NCBI RefSeq assembly: GCF_006345805.1
Contig: NC_043023.1
Location: 17,050,001-17,114,000, forward strand
DNA: 64,000 bases
Origin: Octopus sinensis
Taxonomy: Eukaryota
Direction of reading: 5' to 3'
The position numbers and the translations under genes were made by a program. A model generated the notes under the pieces. It was not told where the DNA came from. It did not search any database and saw only the letters and a program-made list of their open reading frames with translations. Positions 12,234-23,700 of the stretch are shown in pieces. Within the stretch, counting starts at the first letter, position 1; each line of letters starts with the position of its first letter.

Positions 12234-13040
12234 ATGGATAATATAATTGAACCAAAAAACCCTGATACCAGAGATAAGCCACATTCCTGCGATATCTGTG
12301 GTAAGTCATTCTCTCATAGTACTAACTTAACTAGACACAAGCGTACACATACAGGTGAAAAGCCATACCATTGCGATATCTGTGGTAAATCATTCCCTGA
12401 AGCTGGTCAGTTGAAAACACACAAACGTATGCATACAGGTGAAAAGCCGTATCATTGTAATATCTGTGGTAAATCATTTGTTTCTGTTAGTCATGTCACT
12501 AATCACAAACGTATTCATACAGGTGAGAAGCCATATCATTGTGATACCTGTGGTAAATCATTCACACAAAACAGTCATTTGACTAAACCCAAACTTATTC
12601 ATACAGGTGAGAAGCCACATCACTGTGGTATTTGCGGAAAATCATTCTCTCGTTATGATAAATTGAATCCTCACAAACGCACTCATACAGGTGAGAAGCC
12701 TCATCATTGTGATATCTGTGATAAATCATTCTCTGAAAGTAGCCTCTTGACTCGTCACATACGAATTCATACAGGTGAGAAACCATATCAATGTGATATC
12801 TGTGGTACATCATTCTCTCAAAATGGTTATTTCGCTAAGCACAAACGCATTCATACAGGAGAGAAGCCATATCATTGTGATATCTGTGGTAAATCATTTT
12901 CTCAAAATAGCACTTTAACTAGTCACAAATGCATTCATACAGGTGAGAAGCCATATACCTGTGATATCTGTGGTAAATCATTCTCTCAACTGAGTGCCTT
13001 AAATAAACACAAACAGACACATACAGGTGAAAAGCCATAA
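12234..13040 (+). CDS. C2H2 (Kruppel-type) zinc-finger protein, 9 tandem fingers, 268 aa
   Basis: ATG at 12234; nine CxxC-x12-HxxxH units with TGEKP linkers; finger 4 has the first His replaced by Pro (LTKPKLIH); stop directly after the last TGEKP. No effector domain is visible. Confidence 0.88.
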   Translation: MDNIIEPKNPDTRDKPHSCDICGKSFSHSTNLTRHKRTHTGEKPYHCDICGKSFPEAGQLKTHKRMHTGEKPYHCNICGKSFVSVSHVTNHKRIHTGEKPYHCDTCGKSFTQNSHLTKPKLIHTGEKPHHCGICGKSFSRYDKLNPHKRTHTGEKPHHCDICDKSFSESSLLTRHIRIHTGEKPYQCDICGTSFSQNGYFAKHKRIHTGEKPYHCDICGKSFSQNSTLTSHKCIHTGEKPYTCDICGKSFSQLSALNKHKQTHTGEKP

Positions 13041-13047
13041 TCTGGCG

Positions 13048-13561
13048 TCATCATCATCATCGTTTAATGTCCGTTTTCCATGCTGGCATGGGTTGGACGG
13101 TTCAACTGGGGTCTGCGAAGCCAGAAGGCTGCGCCAGGCCCAGTCTGATCTAAGTTAAGTTAATTATTTGGCTCAAAAAGCAAAAAGCAAGGCCATGTAG
13201 GGGGACATGGAGTTATGTACAGAGTGGTGTTCATACAAAGAGTTCAGGCCATTTCTGGTCAAGAGAGACTTTGAACCGAGCGGTCGTCGGCATCTTCACT
13301 ATCTCGTCTGGCAGCTTATTCCACGGATCCGCAACCCGGACGGAGAAAGCCCCTTTCCTTCGATTGAGATGAAATTGTCGCAGATAGAGCTTTTCGGAGT
13401 GACCCCCGCAGCCGACGCTCTGGAGTGTTTCTACAGCTGGATGCCCTCCCTAACACCTACCACTCCGTAAGTGTAGTGGGTGCTTTTTACGTGCCACCTG
13501 CACCGGTGCCAGGCGAGGCTGGCAAGCGGCCACGATCGGATGGTGCTTTTTACGTGCCACC
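13048..13561 (-). mobile_element. (CAT)n-tailed SINE-like element inserted in the tenth zinc finger
   Basis: catcatcgtttaatgtccg...ggatgccctccctaacacc...gtgctttttacgtgccac; possible TSD agccata(a)tctg on both sides. Family also at 17658-17945, 18021-18200, 20320-20520 and 20571-20650. Confidence 0.75.
13152..13420 (-). mobile_element. CR1-clade LINE 3' fragment nested in the SINE
   Basis: Minus translation GHSEKLYLRQFHLNRRKGAFSVRVADPWNKLPDEIVKMPTTARFKVSLDQKWPELFV* (typical CR1 C-terminus) with a short (TAACT)n tail. Confidence 0.8.
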
Positions 13562-13562
13562 A

Positions 13563-13740
13563 GCCATATCTGTGGTAAATCATTTTCTCATAGACATAAC
13601 TTAAATGTCCATGAATGAATTCCTACATAAGAGAAGCCATGTCAGTATGACACATGTGGCAAATCATTCTATCGAAAACGCCACATGCATGAACATGTGG
13701 GTATCCAAAAACAAATATAACTGTATCAATGTCAACATTT
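13563..13740 (+). pseudogene. Decayed distal zinc fingers of the C2H2 gene
   Basis: Translates as HICGKSFSHRHNLNVHE*IPT*EKPCQYDTCGKSFYRKRHMHEHVG, i.e. two degenerate fingers with stop codons. Confidence 0.8.
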
Positions 13741-13769
13741 AACACATGACATCAGCTAAGACTATTTTG

Positions 13770-16700
13770 GGATCTTTTCTGTTTGAACGGCAGTTTTTTC
13801 TAGGGGTGTCATATGAAATTGTCACCCATAATTATGACCCTAGTATCGATCTATTGCATTTCAATCTGTCTCAGGGTTAGTGGTGGGGGGAAGGGTATCT
13901 TTTTTTTTTCTTCAGAAATGTAAATAAAACTCAATCTGTTTCTTAAACGAGGAACATATTCATACGGCACAGAATGTTTTCACCTCAATAGACGTCACTG
14001 ATTGGTTGAAATTGCAGAAATTGAAGAAAAAAAACAACAAATATCTTACAAACTATAGAATTTTCTCAATAAAGCCAAGAGAAAAAGATGTTTTATAAAC
14101 ACATTCTACCAGTATACGAAGTTTAAAAGTGTTTAGTTACGTGGAAATTATTTTAAAAAACTGCCGTTCAAACCGAGAAGACCCAAATATCTTACAAACT
14201 ATAGGATTTTCTCAATAAAGCCAAGAGAAAAAGATGTTTTATAAACACATTCTACCAGTATACGAAGTTTAAAAGTGTTTAGTTACGTGGAAATTATTTT
14301 AAAAAACTGCCGTTCAAACCGAAAAGACCCAAATATCTTATAAACTATAGGATTTTCTCAATAAAGCCAAGAGAAAAAGATGTTTTATAAACACATTCTA
14401 CCAGTATACGAAGTTTAAAAGTGTTTAGTTACGTGGAAATTATTTTAAAAAGCTGCCGTTCAAACCGAAAAGACCCAAATATCTTACAAACTATAGAATT
14501 TTCTCAATAAAGCCAAGAGAAAAAGATGTCTTATAAACATATTCTACCAGTAATCGAAGTTTAAAAGTGTTTAGTTACGTGGAAATTATTTTAAAAAACT
14601 GCCGTTCAAACCGAAAAGACTCAAATATCTTACAAACTATAGAATATTCTCAATAAAACCAAGAGAAAAAGATGTTTTATAAACATATTCTACCAGTAAT
14701 CGAAGTTTAAAAGTGTTTAGTTACGTGGAAATTATTTTAAAAAGCTGCCGTTCAAACCGAAAAGACCCAAATATCTTACAAACTATAGAATTTTCTCAAT
14801 AAAGCCAAGAGAAAAAGATGTTTTATAAACATATTCTACCAGTGATCGAAGTTTAAAAGTGTTTAGTTACGTGGAAATTATTTTAAAAAACTGCCGTTCA
14901 AACCGAAAAGACCCAAATATCTTACAAACTATAGAATTTTCTCAATAAAGCCAAGAGAAAAAGATGTTTTATAAACATATTCTACCAGTAATCGAAGTTT
15001 AAAAGTGTTTAGTTACGTGGAAATTATTTTAAAAAGCTGCCGTTCAAACCGAAAAGACCCAAATATCTTACAAACTATAGAATTTTCTCATAAAGCCAAG
15101 AGAAAAAGATGTTTTATAAACATATTCTACCAGTGATCGAAGTTTAAAAGTGTTTAGTTACGTGGAAATTATTTTAAAAAACTGCCGTTCAAACCGAAAA
15201 GACCAAATATCTTACAAACTATAGAATTTTCACAATAAAGCCAAGAGAAAAAGATGTTTTATAAACATATTCTACCAGTATCGAAGTTTAAAAGTGTTTA
15301 GTTACGTGGAAATTATTTTAAAAAACTGCCGTTCAAACCGAGAAGACCCAAATATCTTACAAACTATAGAATTTTCTCAATAAAGCCAAGAGAAAAAGAT
15401 GTTTTATAAACATATTCTACCAGTAATCGAAGTTTAAAAGTGTTTAGTTACGTGGAAATTATTTTAAAAAACTGCCGTTCAAACCGAAAAGATCCCAAAT
15501 ATCTTACAACTATAGAATTTTCTCAATAAAGCCAAGAGAAAAAGATGTTTTATAAACATATTCTACCAGTATCGAAGTTTAAAAGTGTTTAGTTACGTGG
15601 AAATTATTTTAAAAAACTGCCGTTCAAACCGAAAAGATCCCTGTTTCATAAACGAGGGACATATTCATACGGCACACAATGAATTTTTACCTCAATAGAC
15701 GTCATTGATTGGTTGAAATTGCAGAAATTGAAGAAAAAAAACAACAAATATCTTACAAACTATAGAATTTTCTCAATAAAGCCAAGAGAAAAAGATGTTT
15801 TATAAACAAATTCTACCAGTATACGAAGTTTAAATGTGTTAGTTACGTGGAAATTATTTTAAAAAACTGCCGTTCAAACCGAAAAGATCCCTGTTCATAA
15901 ACGAGGGACATATTCATACGGCCACAATGCATTTTTACCTCAATAGACGTCATTGATTGGTTGAAATTGCAGAAATTGAAGAAAAAAAACAACAAATATC
16001 TTACAAACTATAGAATTTTCTCAATAAAGCCAAGAGAAAAAGATGTTTTATAAACAAATTCTACCAGTATACGAAGTTTAAATGTGTTAGTTACGTGGAA
16101 ATTATTTTAAAAAACTGCCGTTCAAACCGAAAAGATCCCTGTTTCATAAACGAGGGACATATTCATACGGCACACAATGCATTTTTACCTCAATAGACGT
16201 CATTGATTGGTTGAAATTGCAGAAATTGAAGAAAAAAAAACAACAAATATCTTACAAACTATAGAATTTTCTCAATAAAGCCAAGAGAAAAAGATGTTTT
16301 ATAAACAAATTCTACCAGTATACGAAGTTTAAATGTGTTAGTTACGTGGAAATTATTTTAAAAAACTGCCGTTCAAACCGAAAAGATCCCTGTTTCATAA
16401 ACGAGGGACATATTCATACGGCACACAATGCATTTTTACCTCAATAGACGTCATTGATTGGTTGAAATTGCAGAAATTGAAGAAAAAAAACAACAAATAT
16501 CTTACAAACTATAGAATTTTCTCAATAAAGCCAAGAGAAAAAGATGTTTTATAAACAAATTCTACCAGTATACGAAGTTTAAATGTGTTTAGTTACGTGG
16601 AAATATTTTAAAAAACTGCCGTTCAAACCGAAAAGATCCCTGTTTCATAAACAAGGGACATATTCATACGGCACACAATGCATTTTTACCTCAATAGACG

Positions 16701-17389
16701 TCATTGATTGTTGAAATTGCAGAAATTGAAGAAAAAAAACAACAAATATCTTACAAACTATAGAATTTTCTCAATAAAGCCAAGAGAAAAAGATGTTTTA
16801 TAAACAAATTCTACCAGTATACGAAGTTTAAATGTGTTTAGTTACGTGGAAATTATTTTAAAAAACTGCCGTTCAAACCGAAAAGATCCCTGTTCATAAA
16901 CGAGGGACATATTCATACGGCACACAATGCATTTTTACCTCAATAGACGTCATTGATTGGTTGAAATTGCAGAAATTGAAGAAAAAAAACAACAAATATC
17001 TTACAAACTATAGAATTTTCTCAATAAAGCCAAGAGAAAAAGATGTTTTATAAACAAATTCTACCAGTATACGAAGTTTAAATGTGTTTAGTTACGTGGA
17101 AATATTTTAAAAAACTGCCGTTCAAACCGAAAAGATCCCTGTTTCATAAACAAGGGACATATTCATACGGCACACAATGCATTTTTACCTCAATAGACGT
17201 CATTGATTGGTTGAAATTGCAGAAATTGAGAAAAAAAAAAAACAAATATCTTACAAACTATAGAATTTTCTCAATAAAGCCAAGAGAAAAAGATGTTTTA
17301 TAAACACATTCTACCAGTATACGAAGTTTAAATGTGTTTAGTTACGTGGAAATTATTTTAAAAAACTACCGTTCAAACCGAAAAGATCC
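13770..17389 (-). mobile_element. Merlin-like MITE expanded into ~11 x 146-bp plus ~7 x 250-bp tandem units
   Basis: Perfect 8-bp TSD ctattttg (13762-13769 and 17390-17397); orientation opposite to 4178-6955; same unit junctions. Confidence 0.88.
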
Positions 17390-17657
17390 CTATTTTGTCT
17401 GCTAAAAGACAATTTTTTTCCCTTCAACTTCAATATCGTCAATGTGAATCTGAAATTTGTCATTATCTGTAAAAATATTGACTCTGAGATAACTTCATCA
17501 CTGAAAATGCCTGCAGTTGGATTTTGAGGAATTTGTCAAAAAAGAATAATGAATGAAATGTTAAACTGTAACCATTCTGTGTTTGTTTTGTTACTCTGTA
17601 TCTAGACTCTGTCCCTTCTATCCCTTAAATCTCTCAACTGGTACAGTTACACCCCTT

Positions 17658-18200
17658 CATCATCATCATCGTTTAACGTCCGCTTTCCATTCTAGCATGG
17701 GTTGGACGGTTCAACTGGGGTCTGGGAAGCCAGGAGGCTGCACCAGGCTCCAGTCTGATCTGGCAGTGTTTCTACAGTTGGATGCCCTTCCTAACGCCAA
17801 CCACTCCGTGAGTGCAGTGGGTGCTTTTTACGTGCCACTGGCACGAGGCCAGTCGGGGCGGCACTGGCAATGGCTACGTTAGGATGGTTCTCTTACGTAC
17901 CACCGGCACTGGTATCACAGCTGCAATTTCCATTGATGTTGATCGATTCCGATTTGGATTTGGATTTATATACATATACATGTATATATATATACTTACA
18001 TATGTGTGTGTATATATATATCATCATCATCGTTTAGCGTCCGCTTTCCATGCTAGCATGGTTTGGACGGTTCAACTGGGGTCGGGGAAGCCAGAAAAGG
18101 CTGCAACAGACCCAGTCTGATCTGGCAGTGTTTCTAAGGCTGGATGCCCTTCCTAACACCAACCACTCCGTGAGTGTAGTGGGTGCTTCTTATTGCCACC
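17658..18200 (-). mobile_element. Two adjacent (CAT)n-tailed SINE-like copies
   Basis: Both begin catcatcatcgttta(a/g)cgtccgctttccat...ggacggttcaactggggtc. Confidence 0.75.
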
Positions 18201-18448
18201 CTTCAATACTAATTCCCTTCCCTCACTCCTAGTTGTGTGTGTTTCATCTTGGAAGGTATTTGCTGAACCTGTAGGTACTGATGTCACACAAAAAGCACAG
18301 GAAATAAACAGTAGTACTGGTGCCATGTAAAGAGACCTGGAGTCCAACCCTTCCTCAAAGCGGTAGGGTGGTGTAAACGGGTAGTGTCAGAGCTATGCCG
18401 TCGGGAAGTTTGTTTCCTGGTAGGGCCACCCAAGGCAGATTGGTCTGG

Positions 18449-18680
18449 CACCGAGCTGGCAGAAACGTTAGAACACCGGGCGAAATGCATAGCCGTATTT
18501 CGTCTGCCGCTACATTCTGAGTTCAAATTCCGCCGAGGTCGATTTTGCCTTTCATCCATTCGGGGTCGATAAATTAAGTACCAGTTACGGACTGGGGTCG
18601 ATATCGACTTAATCCGTTTTTCAGTCCTTGTTTGTCCCTTCTGTGTTTAGCCCCTTGTTGGTAGTAAAGAAATAGGTATT
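18449..18680 (+). mobile_element. SINE (ggcgagctggcagaa family)
   Basis: gagctggcagaaacgttag...gagttcaaattccgccgaggtcg...gtaaagaaataggt. Confidence 0.8.
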
Positions 18681-19059
18681 AGGGTCGCAGCTTGGTGAAA
18701 ATTCCAAGAGGCGTCTGATCGGCAACCGGCGGCTTCGAGGTCGTTCTGTCCCTGCGTTTGAGGAGACTCCGCAGCAAACAGGGCGTCCCGTCACTCGGGA
18801 TATGCATGCGGGATGTCAGGGACTGCTTGTGAATTCAATATTCTCACAAAACTTCTATGAAAGAAGAAGCCGGCTCAACCCGCCTTGGGTGAACGCCGTC
18901 ACAATTACAAGTGAGTACCTGATGTTTGTGCCTTGTAACAGGCCCTGGTGCTGTTACCACATAAAAAGGACCAGTCATAGTGCTATGGGAAGAATACAGG
19001 TGCTGGTGTCAGTAAAAACAGCACTGGTAATAGTGTCACATGACAAACGCTACTGGGGG

Positions 19060-19290
19060 TACCTATTTCTTTATTACCCACTAGGGGCTAAACATAGAGG
19101 GGACAAACAAGGACAGACATAGGTATTAAGTTGATTACATCGACCCCAGTGCGGAACTGGTTCTTAATTTATCGACCCCGAAAGGATGAAAAGCAAAGTC
19201 AACCTCGGCGGAATTTGAACTCACAACGTAACGACAGGCGAAATACCGCTAAGCATTTCGCCCGGCGTGCTAACGATTCTGCCAGCTCGC
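19060..19290 (-). mobile_element. SINE (ggcgagctggcagaa family), inverted relative to 18449-18680
   Basis: Reverse-complement match to the family. Confidence 0.8.
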
Positions 19291-19437
19291 AGAGGGTACC
19301 ACATAAAAAGCACGTAGCCGATGCCAGACTAGCACCCCTGCTGGTGGCACATCAGAAGCACCTGAACGTGATTGATGTCAGCACCCCCCCCCGACTGCTC
19401 CAATGCCAGTGGCACATAAAAAGCACCATTCAAATGT

Positions 19438-20312
19438 CATCATCATTCATCATTGTTCGACCGTGGTCGAGACAATGGAATTTACCGTGCTGCGCCAGAC
19501 TTCACGGTCCATCATAGCATTACGGAGGTCCTGTTGCTGGATGCCTGTATCCCTGGAGATTACATCAGGACAGGAGAGTGTGCGCCCTCTGGTATCGCGA
19601 CCGTGGTCGAGACAATGGGATTTCCCATGCTACGCCAGACTTCACGTCCATCATGGCATTACGGTGGTCCTGTTGCTGGATACCTGTATCCCTGGAGATT
19701 ACATCAGAGTAGGAGAGTGTGCGCACTCTGGTATCGCGACCGTGGTCGAGACAATGGAATTTCCCATGCTACGCCAGACTTCACGTCCATCATGGCATTA
19801 CGGTGGTCCAGTGGCTGGATACCTGTATCCCTGGAGATTACATCAGAGTAGGAGAGTGTGCGCACTCTGGTATCGCGACCGTGGTCGAGACAATGGAATT
19901 TACCATGCTACGCCAGACTTCACGGTCCATCATGGCATTACGGAGGTCCTGTTGCTGGATGCCTGTATCCCTGGAGATTACATCTGGGTAGGAGAGTGTG
20001 CACCCTCTAGTATTGCGAGCAGGTGGCTTCCAAGGAGAAGAGAAGAAATTGCCTCGTTTTCAGCTCTACAACAATGTCCAGCAAACTGGACTCTCCTACC
20101 TTTCACAAGAGATGACACAGGTGGTAGTTTCCCATATATTTGTACTTTGGTTGGATGACGCTTCCACGAGAGATTTTGCGCTCTCATGAGGAGGCGAGTG
20201 TAGGTTCCATCCAACCGCCTCTCAAGCTTCTTTGATAACGTCCAGGTTTCTGAGCCATAGAGTAGAATTGGTTCGACTGTGGCTTTGAAGATTTCAAGTT
20301 TGAAGTCTCTAC
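19438..20312 (-). mobile_element. RTE-type LINE 3' fragment with 4x tandem reiteration of its terminal ~140 bp
   Basis: Minus translation ILLYGSETWTLSKKLERRLDGTYTRLLMRAQNLSWKRHPT...VQFAGHCCR; (ATG)n tail at 19438-19455; repeat units start at ~19460, 19600, 19739 and 19878. Confidence 0.82.
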
Positions 20313-20672
20313 TTCAAATGTGGTCGATGCCAGTGCCACGTAAAAAGTACCCAGTGAACTCTGTAAATTGGCTGATATTAGAAAGGGCGTCCGGCAGATG
20401 AAACCAAGCTAAAACAGAGAATGGAACCTCGTGGCTTTGCCAGCCTCCTGTCAAACCCTCTAACCCAAGTCTGCATGGAAGACAGACATTAAATGACAAT
20501 GAGTATGAAGTCAATGATGAATGAAATATTGGGTCATTCCATAAAAAATGCGCTTTTTTATACTTCTTTTCATCATCATCATCATCATCATCGTTTAACG
20601 TCCGCTTTCCATGCTAGCATGGGTTAGACGATTTGACTGAGGACTGGCGAACCCCGTAACTTAGCAGTTCGG

Positions 20673-20772
20673 NNNNNNNNNNNNNNNNNNNNNNNNNNNN
20701 NNNNNNNNNNNNNNNNNNNNNNNNNNNNNNNNNNNNNNNNNNNNNNNNNNNNNNNNNNNNNNNNNNNNNNNN
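20673..20772. other. Assembly gap (100 N)
   Basis: Run of n. Confidence 1.
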
Positions 20773-23700
20773 AGAACACATGACAACGACCCATTGATCC
20801 GCCTACTACCAAACACATGACCACGACTCATAGATCCTCCTACTACCAGAACACATGACCACGACTCATAGATCCGCCCCTACCCACCCAGAACCACATG
20901 ACAAGACCCATTGATCCTCCCTACTACCAGAACACATGACCACGACTCATAATCGCCCCACTCCAGAACACATGACAACGACCCATAGATCCGCCCACCA
21001 CTACCAGAACACATTACAACGACACATTGATCCGCCTACTACCAAGCACACATGACCACGACTCATAGATCCGCCTACTACCAGAACACATGACCACGAC
21101 TCATAGATCCGCCCACTCCCAGAACCATGACAACGACCCATTGATCCGCCCACTACCAGAACACATGACCACGACTCATAGATCCGCCCACTCCCAGAAC
21201 ACATGACAACGACCAATTGATCAGCCCTATACCAGAACACATGACCACGACTCATAGTCCGCCCACTCCCAGAACACATGACAACGACCCATTGATCCGC
21301 CTACTACCAACACATGACCACGACTCATAGATCCGCCCACTCCCAGAACACATGACAACGACCCTTGATCCGCCTACTACCAAACACATGACCACGACTC
21401 ATAGATCCCCTACTAACCAGAACACATGACCACGACTCATAGATCCGCCCACTCCCAGAACACATGACACGACCCATTGATCCGCCTACTACCAGAACAC
21501 ATGACCACGACTCATAGATCCGCCCACTCCCAGAACACATGACAACGACCCATAGATCCGCCTACTACCAGAACACATGAACACGACCCATTGATCCGCC
21601 TACTCCACACACATCATTAACGACTCATAGATCCGCCTACTACCAAGAACACATGACCACGACTCATAGATCCGCCTACTACAGAACACATGACCACGAC
21701 TCATAGATCCGCCTACTACCAGAACACATGACCACGACTCATAGATCCGCCCACTCCCGAACACATGACCACGACTCATAGATCCGCCCCCTCCCAGAAC
21801 ACATGACAACGACCCATAGATCCGCCCACTCCCAGAAAACATGACAACGACCCATTGATCCGCCTACTACTACCAGAACACATGACCACGACTCATAGAT
21901 CCGCCCACTCCCAGAACACATGACAACGACCCATTGATCCGCCTACTACCAGAACACATGACCACGACTCATAGATCCGCCCACTCCCAGAACACATGAC
22001 AACGACCCATAGATCCGCCTACTACCAGAACACATGACAACGACCCATTGATCCGCCTACTACCAGCACACATGACCACGACTCATAGATCCGCCTACTA
22101 CCAGAACACATGACCACGACTCATAGATCCGCCTACTACCAGAACACATGACCACGACTCATAGATCCGCCCACTCACAGAACACATGACAACGACCCAT
22201 AGATCCGCCAACTACCAGAACACATGACAACGACCCATTGATCCGCCTACTACCAGAACACATGACCACGACTCATAGATCCGCCCACTCCCAGAACACG
22301 TGACAACGACCCAAAGATCCGCCTACTACCAGAACACATGACCACGACTCATAGATCCGCCCACTCCCAGAACACATGACAACGACTCATAGATCCGCCT
22401 ACTACCAGAACACATGACAACGACCAATAGATCCGCCTACTAACAGAACACATGACCACGACTCATAGATCCGCCCACTCCCAGAACACATGACAACGAC
22501 CCATAGATCCGCCTACTACCAGCACACATGACCACGACTCATAGATCCGCCCACTCCCAGAACACATGACAACGACCCATTGATCCGCCTACTACCAGAA
22601 CACATGACCACGACTCATAGATCCGCCCACTCCCAGAACACATGACAACGACCCATTGATCCGCCTACTACCAGAACACATGACCACGACTCATAGATCC
22701 GCCCACTCCCAGAACACATGACAACGACCCATAGATCCGCCTACTACCAGAACACATGACAACGACCCATAGATCCGCCTACTACCAGAACACATGACCA
22801 CGACTCATAGATCCGCCCACTCCCAGAACACATGACAACGACCCATAGATCCGCCTACTACCAGAAAACATGACCACGACTCATAGATCCGCCCCACTCC
22901 CAGAACACATGACAACGACCCATTGATCCGCCTACTACCAGAACACATGACCACGATTCAGATCCGCCTACTACCAGAACACATGACCACGACTCATAGA
23001 TCCGCCCACTCCCAGAACACATGACAACGACCCTTGATCCGCCTACTGCCAGAACACATGACCACGACACATAGATCCGCCTACTACCAGCACACATGAC
23101 CACGACTCATAGATCCGCCCACTCCCAGAACACATGACCACGACTCATAGATCCGCCCACTCCCAGAACACATGACAACGACCATTGATCCGCCTACTAC
23201 CAGCAACACATGACCACGACTCATAGATCCGCCCACTCCCAGAACACATGACAACGACCCATAGATCCGCCTACTACCAGCACACATGACCACGACTCAT
23301 AGATCCGCCCACTCCCAGAACACATGACAACGACCCATTGATCCGCCTACTACCAGAACACATGACCACGACTCATAGATCCGCCTACTACCAGAACACA
23401 TGACAACGACTCATAGATCCGCCCACTCCCAGAACACATGACAACGACCCATAGATCCGCCTACTACCAGAACACATGACCACGACTCATAGATCCGCCT
23501 ACTACCAGAGCACATGACCACGACTCATAGATCCGCCCACTCCCAGAACACATGACCACGACTCATAGATCCGCCCACTCCCAGAACACATGACAACAAC
23601 CCATTGATCCGCCTACTACCAGCACACATGACCACGACTCATAGATCCGCCCACTCCCAGAACACATGACAACGACCCATTGATCCGCCTACTACCAGCA

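Noticed and set aside
19403-20158. 251-aa repeat protein on the + strand
   Set aside because: It is the antisense reading of the reiterated RTE 3' end.
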